Shown here in pieces: positions 27,401 through 40,100 of a stretch of DNA of 64,000 bases (position 1 is its first letter; every line of letters begins with the position of its first letter). This stretch comes from Catajapyx aquilonaris (taxonomy: Eukaryota). The position numbers were made by a program, and so were the translations under genes. The notes under the pieces are model-generated. The model searched no databases. It saw nothing but the letters and a program-made list of their open reading frames with translations, and was not told where the DNA came from. The stretch covers positions 1 through 64,000 of the forward strand of contig JYFJ02001627.1 in NCBI GenBank assembly GCA_000934665.2. Reading direction: 5' to 3'.

Positions 27401-30400
27401 CTCTCTCGGGACGGATCTTAACCTGCCGGACACTGAAAGCATGCCAACTACATGTATTCAGAGATGGAGAGGGATGGATAGACGAGGAGAATGGAAAGAG
27501 GTGTAGTGACCAACTGTTTGGAGAGAAAAATCGATGTGGGGTTGGTGTTACTCCAATCCAACATCCGTGCAGGACGCCAGGACCTAGGTGTCTATCACAT
27601 GTTAAAGCATGGTCGACCATTGAAAATGTTAGAAAATAAGGGGAGGTGAATTGTTTACAAGATTTTAGTTGGCTAAATGATCCACAGCTATGTAAATGAA
27701 TGATATTAACCCGGATATGCCCGAATTAATTTTTGTTAAATATTTTGAATATTTATTTCTTTATGAACAAATGAAGAACTTATTAATGCCTAAGAACCTA
27801 ACAATTGTACAAGTGTACTATATAGGACACTAGGCATGATGATTGAAGAGTGATATTGCGAATGATATAAACATTTTAAAACTCGTTTCAGACCGACCTC
27901 TGGCTCGTCTTCGTCTGGGAAGCGCATTAGATCCTGATGACATCGAGGAAGGAGATGATGTGTACTTTGAGTGTCACTTGCAAGCAAACCCTCCTGTGCA
28001 TCGTCTTCTCTGGCTGCATCAGGTGAGGTTCATTTCCACTGAGTTCATATTGACGCAGCTGCAGCCTGAGTCTCTTCATTTGCGCTGGCCTTGTCGCAGT
28101 TTATGCATTCCATCAGGGTGTAGTCTACTTTGTCAGCTTCATGCATATCCTGTTGTATCGGGTGCATTTTTTTTCGCCCCCCGATCCCATCCTCGGCAGA
28201 CATCACACACAGCATCAATCATCACAACAACTCGGGATTGACACCATCCAGCCTCGGGCAAGCAACACGGGCCCATTTTTCATCACATGCTTCCCCACCC
28301 CCTCTCCGTCAGGAAATGTACTTGGCGGTATAACACCGCATGACACAAATTTATCTTCAGCTATCCCTGGTGCAATAACACCTGACTGTCCACGACACTG
28401 AATTTATGGCTAGTTATTTACTACAAGGTGAAGCAGAAGTGTGGCCTGTATTACCGCAATGTAGTTAAGTCAGCCACATAACGTGATTGTTATGCCATAG
28501 TGTTGAAGCCAAGGGCAACTACTGCTCCAGGGATAGCTATCCATATTGCTCATTCTACGGCTCTTGGGAGTTAGGAGACTTCTTGAATCAACTGGATATG
28601 ACAATATTGTCCTGCAGCCTTATACGCCGTTTGACATCTTCTAATTCTGTTCAGGCCCATTATTGTGCATAGAATGTGGCTGTTAAAACCACGTCTAATC
28701 AGTTTGATGGATGCAATCCCATTCCTGGGACATCATCTTCCATGCACGTTGTGAGCTTAGCGCAGTGAAACGTCCAGTTATGGCGACAAGAAGGGATTTT
28801 AAAAGTGCTTCTTGGTTTATTGCTGGGAATAACGTGTTTCCTCAGCTAGTTTCAGGAATGAAAGGAAACAAAATTGTGCATTGTTGTGAGACGTGTGCAG
28901 AGAATATATTACAAGCTATAGCTTGTTCGACCAGACTTACTTTCAAGTGCCTCCTTCCCCTCTAAATTTAGAAGCATTGTTGCAGATAACTTAAATGGGT
29001 AAATAGTGAAAAAACCTGGAATTTCATGTCCCAGCTAATTTCTGGACTTATAACATCTGAAAAGTAGATAACATGCAAAGAAATAAGATTGCAACATGCG
29101 GAATACGGGGCACATAATAAAATACGTATGTAATGAGAAAATTCTTTCATATTTTTCTTTAGGTCACAGAGCGTGACATGTCACTTCCGTGGCTTGTCCC
29201 ACCCTTCACTTTCGTAGTTTTGTCAATTTTGATGCCAGGCATAAGATGTTATTGCACTTTTTAAATTAGAGGAATGGAGAAAGGAATACTGAATGTAAAG
29301 GCTATAGTGCATTCTTTGTCCTGAAGTTCCAAATTGCATCGATTTTATTGCAAGAGTAATTTTGTTCCAAGGTTTCTCGTCACGTCCGTGGACAAAAACA
29401 AAAACTGCTATAAAATCATCCAGGAAGCAGCAATGTGCAGGATTTTTGTCTTTTTGCTTGCTGATGCAGCCATATTGAGAAGCTGAATCAAAAACCTGTT
29501 GGGTTGGTTGATTGAAGGCGTGTAATTATGCTCTAAAAGTCAGATTTAGTGAAATGTCGAGATCAGTGCATCACGTCTGTGGCACCTGGTAAATGTAGGT
29601 AAGCAGTTCAAATTTCAATTTTTGCTCAAGTACGTGTGCTATTAGATACAAAGAGCTTACTCGTTTGAACTAAAGTTTGTAACCTTAACTTACCACGCTT
29701 TACGTGGAATAAACAGAGTTTGTCACGTCCGTGGACACTACCCGTCCACAGGCGCCCCTAGGCGGGGTCAGATGTTCAAGGACATGATTTTAATAACCTA
29801 TTTGAATGTCTTGGACCATACCATGTTTCTAATGCACTCATTGCTGTACACTACTTATTGTCAGATGTAAGCATACGGATAGGTCTCGAGTATACTCTGA
29901 ATTTACACATTTCTTGTTTCATTGCATTTGAAGCTATTTGACTTATTACTTACATTTACATTGCGAACTGTGCAAGCCACTTGGTTCGGTTCTACATCCT
30001 GTGCCACACTTAGTTCGTCAAGGTCAAGTAGACTCTGTATTCTTAACTCTGTGTATACAGCATTTTTATGAATATTTTTTTTAAATGTGAAATATAAGTC
30101 TGCGATCTCGGCCGTTATTTTTGTGGGAACACCCGAGGTAATAACTATTTTTATTTACAAAATTATTTCTTTAAAGGACATTTCTATTTGGGGGGGGGGG
30201 GGGGGGGNATTAAATTGCACCTTTTTTCACTATTGACCCAAATGTACACTACCAAACTAATTTCATTGTGGAGTTTTGCAAATACATATGTAGGCTACTA
30301 TCGGGTTCTAATACTTTTGACCACTTTATCCTGGTCTTGAAGCAACCCTTCGCACAGACCGCACAGACAGAGGTGTGTGTGCGTGTGAAGGGTTGCTTCA

Positions 30401-33400
30401 AGACCAGGATAAAGTGGCCAAAAGTATTTGAACCCGATAGTACATATGCACCATTTTTCTAACCGCATTTATTGGCTGTCTTGTCAGAGATAAGGCTGTG
30501 TTCCCACGCTCGCCAGAATCGGTGTTAGCGAAAGCGTGAACGAACCCCATTGGTCCGTTGAATCCATGGAAGACTCCACATACCAATTGGCCCCTCACGC
30601 TTTCGCTAAGGCCGTTTCTAGCGAGCTTGAGGGCAGGCCTTAATGACCCCCTTTGCGATCTATTGATACTCCGTGAGGTATCATGCGTTTTTATTGGCAA
30701 ACTATGCTTTTTGTTAATAGCTATTTTAGCTTTAGGGATACTTCGATGCTTTCTTTACACACACGTTCATATCATGTCAGGATCTCTTCAGCCCAATTTG
30801 CAAAATAAAATGTCGACTTAATTAAGAGATATTATCTAAATGAGTGGCAGTTAAATCAATTCATTCATTCGTTTAAGGCAGTTGAGAGGGAAAGCTTCAT
30901 GATCTGTATTAAGGAGAATAATACTCCGTAATTTATTTAACTTTTTGGTCACCATTACTGAAAATACACTGTAGTCCGGTCAGCTCCAGACGTGTTGAAG
31001 TGAGAGTTAACATGATTTTGTCTTTACATGTTGCATTTGCATGTGTTAATGCGAGGGTATTTGAATGCATAATATGTTAAATGAAGTCCCTGAAAGGAAG
31101 AGCATGTCGTGTAACTAATGACTTAATTTTTAGAGCATGTAATTAGCGGTACTCTTGAAATTGGCGTAATAAGGTACGCAATGAAAACATTTATGCGTTC
31201 CTTGCAACTTTGCAATATTATGAAATTATTAATAACGTTATCAAAAGAAACGAATAACGCTAGTTAGAAAAACTCTCCACCTCAAGGCAAAACCTCTTTG
31301 AAGCAAAAAGTATGAAGCCTGACCTGATTCATTATGTATTAGTAATGCAATTAACTTGATTGCATGCTCGGGGTGTTTTAAGAGAAAAAAAATTGTATAC
31401 TCAAGTACGGGAATATTATCAGCGGCGTAAATGAGAGGAAAGGAAAAAATGATTTGTGTTGATAATAAACGGTTGTAGGTGACACAAAAGTTAATATTGG
31501 TACTGCTGATGTAATTTATTTATCCCATCAGTATTGTTACAACGAGAGCCACCACCCCTGGAAATATAGTTGTTATTTTTATTTGCATTGAATGACCAAT
31601 TAAATCGAGGTTGGTGCACTTCATCAAAAATGAAAGTTCCTCCATTGGTGATAGCTTACACAATGTTTGGAGACACGATATATTGGCCAAGCAATATTTA
31701 CAAATAACGATTTTTCAGTGAACTCTCTGGGGTACACTATACTTCATAAATTTAAGAGCTATATATCTGTAATATTCTCTCTCTGGCAGAAATAAAACAC
31801 CACGCAGCTTAACCAATTATTGTCCATTTGCAATGGATGAATAATATCCGTTGTTTTATGGACGTCATGGGCCATTTTGATATTGCTGGCATTTTCCCAA
31901 TCCTCCATGAAATAGCACATTTTCTGCAGTTTTTGCTAATGTAAACACATAGGACAGCTACTGAGAGCTGTTGCCAGTTAGATTTCCTAAGATATTATAT
32001 TGGATCGTTACGTTCTCTGATGTTGCACAGAATCGCAATATACAGGCCTACCTATTGTGAACATGTTTTAGAACTCAAAAGGGCTGGGCGTTCCTTAATG
32101 TCAAATAAAAAAGAAGAAAATTTATTACAGGGCTGGGCACTCTTTTGCCATAATAGGCTGACCTGTCCGTTGTTAATGATCGTACTTGGTCGAAATGGCT
32201 CCCAGAATAATCCCAGCCTTCTGCAACGAGTCAGTTATTTTTATGGCTAGAGAGTAGGATCCAGATTTTCAGTGGCCTGTGCGCCGCCTTCGTAATAGAT
32301 TATTTGGAGCTCATTAGTTTAAAAATGTTTCTATTTGATGCATCCAAAAATACGTCTTATTTTCTGTCTCCCATTTGAGTCTGAAACAAGAGAGGTATTC
32401 CCAGATTGGGAATATCTATTAGTTCCCTAATAGTCCCAATCTCCTCCGTTAGGTCAAAGCTTCTATAGACTACAAATAGTAAGCTTGTTTGAAACAAGTT
32501 CAGGGACTACCAGCGAGTTTTGATCTAAAGCCAGCAGTGATTGAGTTTTCCTATATCTCTTAGATCTGTCAGTTTCCTGCAGGCAATCAGATGCCAATCT
32601 CCAAATCTTTGATTTTAGGGTCGAGTTCTGAGTCACAACGTGACCTCTGGAATCATCATGAGCAACCAATCACTGGTGTTGCAACTGGTGACACGTGCAT
32701 CATCTGGAAACTACACTTGCCTGGCAGTCAACGCTGAAGGGCAAGGTGCCAGCAACCCTGTCTTTCTTCGAGTCAAATGTAAGTACATACGCTACAATTT
32801 AACTCTGTCTAAATCTCCGGATTCAGGTCCGAGTAATTTCTTCGCAATTTGCATTTGATCACCACCCACCACCCTCCATCTCTTCCTTGAGAAGGAAGTG
32901 GGGCAGTCGTCATCGATCCGAAACAAACAGCTTATGCGGACCTCCGTTTAAAGTTGCGGCGACAAAACGCCGTCTCTAATGGGCTGCATAATCACGCCGG
33001 CTCTTCTAATTGAAACTAATAAGCGCCTATTTTGCAGCTCTATCCGCGATATGTTTTGGCGTTTAAACTATCAGCATTTGAGATCTGAACTGCCTAGGTC
33101 ATCTATCCAGACTAGCCTGGTCTCCGGCCGTATCACAACTGATATATAAAGCCCCAATCCGAGGAGGATATTGGAGGCTGGAATAGATTTCGCACTTCCC
33201 GAGGTCGTAGAGCTCTGGTCGAAATTCCGTTGGATTTCTTGCCTCCGGTTTAGCAATGCCAAAAATCCTCAAAATCGCAAAATTCCCAGCCGTTTTGGAC
33301 TTGGCAAAAAGTCGACTTTTGCACGTGCCACCTTGTCCATCTGCTCCTCATTAAGCCGCCGGAGAACAATAGCCCATCTCCGGCGCTCCCTCCTCGGGGA

Positions 33401-35420
33401 CCCCCCACCTGCTCACCATCTGGATCTACTCTAATCCCACCTCACAGTAACGGATGCCACCCCGCTCCCACCGATTTTTGCGTAAAAATACTTGCTCTGT
33501 TCGCATCGGAGAGTGGGGTATAAGTGTGAGGCGGCCGGGTGCACTGGGCCTCGGAGAGTTACGGAGACCGAGGAGGGCCTGCGCGGGAGCGGACCAATTC
33601 GCGCCGCAGGCGCGCAAGAGGGGCCGCGCCCCACGGGGGGGTGTGGGGGGCGAAGCCCCCCCCCCCCCCCGCCTCGCAAAGCGAGTCACAACTGATACAA
33701 CACCTAGCCATCCACGCCATCTCTTAGCAAAACTGCAAACTCGCAACTTCATATGGATGTGATATAGGTATGAATTAGGTGGCAAGTTATGTGCTAGAGT
33801 AGACCATCTCTCTCAGAAGAGTTGGACTATGAGATGGTATGCGGAAGGGCGGCTTTTCTCTCCTCAGGCTCACACTGTCTGTTCGGAATATTACTTGGGA
33901 GGAAATCCGAGCGGGAAAAAGTTGGTTCCACGTGCTTTCTTTGCCAAACTTCTCAACGAATTCTGACGAACGCCTCCGACATACAAACTGACACTTCTAA
34001 TATGTTGACGAGAAAGGACAGAGACACCTTTTGGCAGGCGAGAATCTCATGCAGACCACGTATCTTATCCCAGCATCTAGTCAACTCGTTTTGCAACCAC
34101 TTACATAGACATGGTCAGACTTTTTTTCTGTCTCCAACCGAACTTGGTCATTTTTTTAAAAAAGTTTTTGATTTTTGATCGGAGGTCAGATGATGGCTAG
34201 GAAAGTCTTCTAGGCCGCCATCGTTCCAGCGTCCTTGCAAGCAAACCGCCTCTTTTATTTGCAACTTGGCTGTTTCCTTTTCCTGGAGGACAGGTCTTCC
34301 TTTTGTAGCCGGTGATTTATGCTCGCCAGACCCTAACCGTTTTGGAATATCTCGCAAACGAGTTGTTTTTATCGATCCTTGGAAGGCTTCAGGGAGACCC
34401 GCCAGACTCCTTTTATTCAACCTCTATACCACGGGACCTTTTTTTCTATCCTTGGCTGAATTAGTGCGTGCGAAAATAAACCTAAAGCAAAAAAATTCAT
34501 ACATACCTCTTGCTAATGAAGCTGTCACTTTGCACCATCATGTTAAGCCATTCGTTATTTTTTTGTGCAAAAGAGGGAAAAAAGGGTGGCGACAGCACAA
34601 TATTTTTGCACCTTAATCCCTCGATGATAGTTGGCACACTTTTGGGAGGGGCTGAAAACTTTGAGGAAGACTAATGTGCAAGCGTCTTCTGCAGCAAAAC
34701 AGGGGAGTACAAATATTGAATTTCTCTTTTGTTGTATATAGGGAAGGGGGTTCGATAAGACACCAGAGATATCATGGCCAGAAATTTCTTTGCTGAGAAG
34801 GCAATCTGACAAGTTATTTAGGTTTATCGATTTCACGAGCATCCCTGTCCCTGGGGGAAATCTCGGAGGTTCAACGGAGCGTCGTATTAGCCGAGGTTTT
34901 TAATGCTCTGAGAGGTTTCTTCCAGATCCTTTTCGGAGACTTGACAGAGTTGAGATATCCAGAGATTGGCATCTGAAAAGCGCTCCTCCACCTACCCTCC
35001 CCGAAGTGGAAGAGGAGGAAGGGGAAAAAAATGAAATGGAATTTTACGTCAGTGGGCAAACAACCACGTGTATTTGCACAAGTTGAAGAAGAAGAAGTTG
35101 AAGAGACGGAGAAGAAGTGACCTGTATGAACCGTGTGCTATACCCTATATGCTGGTGCTCGATTAGTAGAAGAGGCTGCTTCGAAGTGAGACCAAATGTC
35201 TTTAACGATCGCTAGGGGAACTTTACCAATTATTTGCACTTGAGACTCGGAACTTCAGTTCTATACACTCGAGACTGTCTTGTCCTCGCGTGTCGCGTGT
35301 CACGCCCCATGAATATTAACCAAATCAATGGAAGGGCTTGCGGTTTCCGGCAAGCTCTAAGACGCACGAAATGACGTGATCCTTAACAGAGCTCTTGAAC
35401 CTGCTAGCACGATGATCATA

Positions 35421-35487
<67 letters not shown>

Positions 35488-37098
35488 AGCCACATGAGAC
35501 ATTTAGAGTGAAAGTTCTCAATACAAACTTTATTTCACAACTTCACAAGGTAATGGGCTCACAAGCCAGTGTTTAATTTGTTGACCAGACACGACCACTC
35601 GATTTAAGGCTGGTAGCATGCGATAGTATCTCAGCAACGAGCAGTTTGCGCCAGGGCGCGAAATATATTAATGTCAGTCCGAACAAAAACGTACTGTACG
35701 TACCCTGGAGATTATAGCAATTTTGCAAAAAAAGAGTCAATAACTGGGAAGTGATTAACTGCCCGGATTTTAAAGAATAGACAAGTGGCACTGAAAATAG
35801 TTAAATCGCAGACACTTTCAGAAAGAGGAATTTAATCGCATTAATATACTGCAGACTAGTACGATATTAAACATCTCGGAGTTCTTCAGTCCAATTAAAA
35901 TTTACTTTGCGATACGGTGTAAGTAGTCAATCATGAACTACTTAGAACATTGTCAGGAATTAGGGAAACGGCTGAGATCTTAGTGTTGAATTCCTCTCAA
36001 CGCTTCCCAAAGTATCCCTGAGGTGAAGGCACGCAGCTATTGATTTAGTTTGGAATTTAACTCATCATACTAGACAGAGTATTAATTGATGAAACTTCAC
36101 GTAGGCATACTTCGCCACGACGAAAACATAATCGAGCCATTATTGTTAGGTTTGAGTGCCATTAAAATACCTTCGCTCTGGCACGTCAACATTGATCTTG
36201 AAAGGAGTTAATGCATTTCTTGTGACTGGTATTTTTCTTTGTGATAAAATTTCATTTTGGCGTAAGTTTAATTATAAATCGGGCATAAATAAAATTAAGA
36301 TTGTATGAAGCGGAATAGCTCCGTTCCGAGATTTTTTTTTGTAAAGGCACGTTTCCGCTATATCGGACAACACTAAATGAGGGAAAATAATTTACGTCGC
36401 ATTTGCATGTCTCCTGATTGGTGTCGCAAGCTCATGTGCCCTTCAAAGTTCAAAAATGTAGGCTACTTGTCAGCACACATTCAGCTTTTGACCTGCGAGA
36501 GAAAATTTCCATGCCTCCCGTCTCTCATGTCCACTTTTTGCCCCTACCCCTGTTCGGGAAAGTGAAACGACTTTGAATGCAGTATTAATTCCAGTATTCA
36601 CAGGGTTTCGCTTACTGAGGGACTGTACTGAGGACTGTCGTTTCCGCATTAAGCAGGTTGTGTTATATCGGGCAAAAATTCATGGGAAAGTTTATCTGGC
36701 TTCCCGGACATCAAAATTGTCAGCAGTTGACGAGTTTCTTCTATATAAGGAGGTTTCACTATTAGAATGCAAAGAGTCTGAGTGAGAACGCCTAAACTTC
36801 TTGGGAAACAATCAAACTCACAGTGCTATATGCTGCTATACAAGTACACTTGGAGGATAACTAACTTATTTTTTACACACATTATATCAGCACCTTTATC
36901 ATCCATCACCTTTAAATCTGAATAAAATAAGCTTATAGAGCAATACTGGTAGCAAACTAGCCCAACTTCAGCACACCTACCAATTTCTATTTATTTGAGG
37001 GATATCATCAGCATAAAAATGTGAATGATGTGGACATATTTGTTCTGTAGACATGGTGATTGATAGTAAACCCAGCTTGCAGCAGATTGTTGTTGTTG

Positions 37099-37171
<73 letters not shown>

Positions 37172-40100
37172 TGTATTATTATGCGACAAGGTACACATTA
37201 CATTGATGGGACCTATTTTGCATTAGCATGAGTTTATTCCCATCTGGGAGTGTCAGCAAGCTAATGATGGCTAAATAATAAACTTTAACAGCTACGCCTA
37301 GAGTGCACAATAGACCTATCTTCCATTAACTTTGAGCGCGTTAATATTTGTGCCACACCAGAACACATGCATTCATCACCACCGTCAAATTAACTTACCA
37401 CTGCTGTTGACATTCAACTAATAACTGCAGATCAGTGAAACATGCTATCAATTATGAATTATTAATTAGCCACAATTACACAGACGCCTACTGTACAATT
37501 TTATAACGTATGAGAGCACTATAATAATCCCTTTTATTAAAATGGGAGAAAGAAGCAGCAAGTTGATGGTAGACTAAAGGATGTTCGAAAAGTAGTGCAA
37601 CAAGGTTTGAATTGGCTGGTCATCCAAAGTGATGGATTACTTACGCCCGCAAGATATAGTACGAGCGGACCGTTTTATAGCCACCTCCCACACACTGGAA
37701 CAGTATGACCGTGGGTGTCTTTTAGCCCATAAAACCCAAGCAATCAACCTTCCACGCGCATGCGCACATGGTTGTACAGCTTCCCTTGTCGATGAAATCA
37801 AATCTACCCGAGCAGCCTCTAAGCCGGCCTACCAATCCACGCACTTTTTTTTCTCCCTTTGAGGACACCCTGTATTCCTAGTTTTAAAACAATGACATTA
37901 GCATATCCCAATTTTTTGCCACTTCGGGGTCTGTTCGAACTTCAAACGGTTCGCTTTACCCCATTATCTCCCATGTTTAATGTGAGAATCACGTCATGAA
38001 TATTGGTTTCAACAGATAGAGGCAACCCAAGCGCGACTCAATTTTGCACCTTGTTACTTTGGCGTATTGGCAACTCTGTACAAAATTTGGCGCTATGTCT
38101 GCCTCTGCTGTCACGTATCAGCTTTGTGTAACATGTACAGTGCGCCGTACACCCCCATTCACGCATGATTTGTCATATCCTCTAACACTGCATTTCCCCA
38201 CGGCGCCAACGTGCGAAATGGCAACCGATGTGCTAGCTGTGCACATAAAAAAATTGGCGTTTCCGACTACGAAGTAGAACGTGGTTTTCCACTGGGATAC
38301 ATTTTTTTACAATATTCATATAACGGAAAGGCATCATTTTTACCATGGCGCCTTGGAGGTCCATGCTTGGTGTGTGCCTAGCATTCAGGACCACCACTTT
38401 TAAAGCTGACGTCTTTCCAACATCCTTCAAAGCTGAATATTAATTCCTCCTCATTAAGAACCGAGCACAAAAATCCAATTTTTAAAAGGTTAATGAGTGA
38501 TAATTTTTAAGAAAATGCTGGGGCCCTAATCAAAATGATGTAAGATGAAATGTTAGAACACCATCATTACAGCAGCTCCCCTTTGCTCTGTGCGCGAAAA
38601 GTGGTCAACATCAGTAATTGGACGCAAAGGTCAATTTTATCCAGCGTCGTTGGCGTCCAAACCCAACAGAATCAGTCCCCATGCGACCGGAGTGCACGAA
38701 ATTGCACTGCGATTGAAGCTGGGGGGCCCGCCTGCAAATTCTTCTGCTCAATCGACTCTCAAATCCGGACTTTCCCGATCGGATACAGAGTAGGGGTAGG
38801 AAGAGAGAGGGATGAGGTTTAATTAGTTCGACATCATTATCATTACAACCTACAATTGTCTTCGGAGAATCCTTTTATTGTGGAAGAGAATCGAAACGGA
38901 AGAGCTGCCCTAGCCCCGACTGTCTATGACTCTATGTAGTATCATATACTGTAGCTCACACAGATGGCGCATCGATCTGCACACCCACTCCCTGCGGCCT
39001 ATTAGGTGTGGGGACGTGAAAAATACAACTAACCTAACCTAACCTACGTAACCTAGGCTGAGAAAAATGGACTTTTCTAAAACCTTGCAACTGGAAATAG
39101 CAACCCCACAATTTTCTTGTGGGGACCATAAACGTCCCCGCAAGTGGGAAAATTGTCCCCACAGATGAATGAAAGTCCCCACAGTTACAGTAAAAACAAC
39201 TACTTCCTGTCCCACAGCTTATTGAAGACAGGTAGTCGGTTAAAGGAGTATGTTACCAGACCCCTAACCTAGAAATTAGCCTCCAACAGAGGTGCTGCCT
39301 AGGGGAGGGATATTTATTGTATCAGGGGGAAGAACAGAGGTTCTGCTTCCCCCTGATACAATAAATCTCACTCCCCTAGGCAGCACCTCTGTTGGAGGCT
39401 AATTTCTAGGTTAGGGGTCTGGTAACATACTCCTTTAGCCGACTGGCACACTACTCCGGACAAACACAGACTTAAGACAATTACTTTCAACCGCTACAAT
39501 CAGTTTCATATCTACAAAATATAGTGTTCCTTTCATGTTGGATCAACCTGTATTTGAGCCCTTCAAGATGAGGCACCGGGTGGTTACAAAGCTCCATCAG
39601 CAGGATGGACATGTCAAGTGAGGCTTAGCGATTGCGATTGGCGTGGCCAATAGTCCGTTTTCTTTTTTCCCAACCCACGAGACGGGAAGCGCAGTACATG
39701 ATCCAAGCCTGGACCTTAAACCCCTCAATTTTGTCTCCCTCAGCCCCTCCCCCCTCCAAATATTGAAGAACGCCCCACATTCTTCCTCCATTGGGGAGGT
39801 CCGAAGGAAATGTCGTTAGATATTGATCAGCTTGTTGCTATAGAGTGATCGAGTGATCAAGTGAATAGGACGGAGAGAGGAAGGGGGTAGTCGTGAGGGG
39901 GCTCAGGCAACATTGTGGCGGACTAGCTAGTTGATTTATTGAAGCGGCGCCTAAGTCATTTCCCCCGAGAGGAATGTTAATGACGGAAAACGGGGGGATA
40001 TTAGATGTGAAGCTGCTTTGTGTCTCTGGACAGACATAAAAAGTGCAAAGCGCGGCTGACATCTTCCTTCTTGAGCTGAGAATAAAATAGGAAAAAAAGG

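Noticed and set aside
29165..29746. CRISPR-like reiterated motif
   Set aside because: Eukaryotic context, irregular spacing of about 150-200 bp, a motif of only 15 bp and no cas genes; better explained as transposon subterminal repeats.
15743..30208. Single N bases at 15743 and 30208
   Set aside because: Both adjoin C/G homopolymers and are sequencing or assembly ambiguities, not biology.
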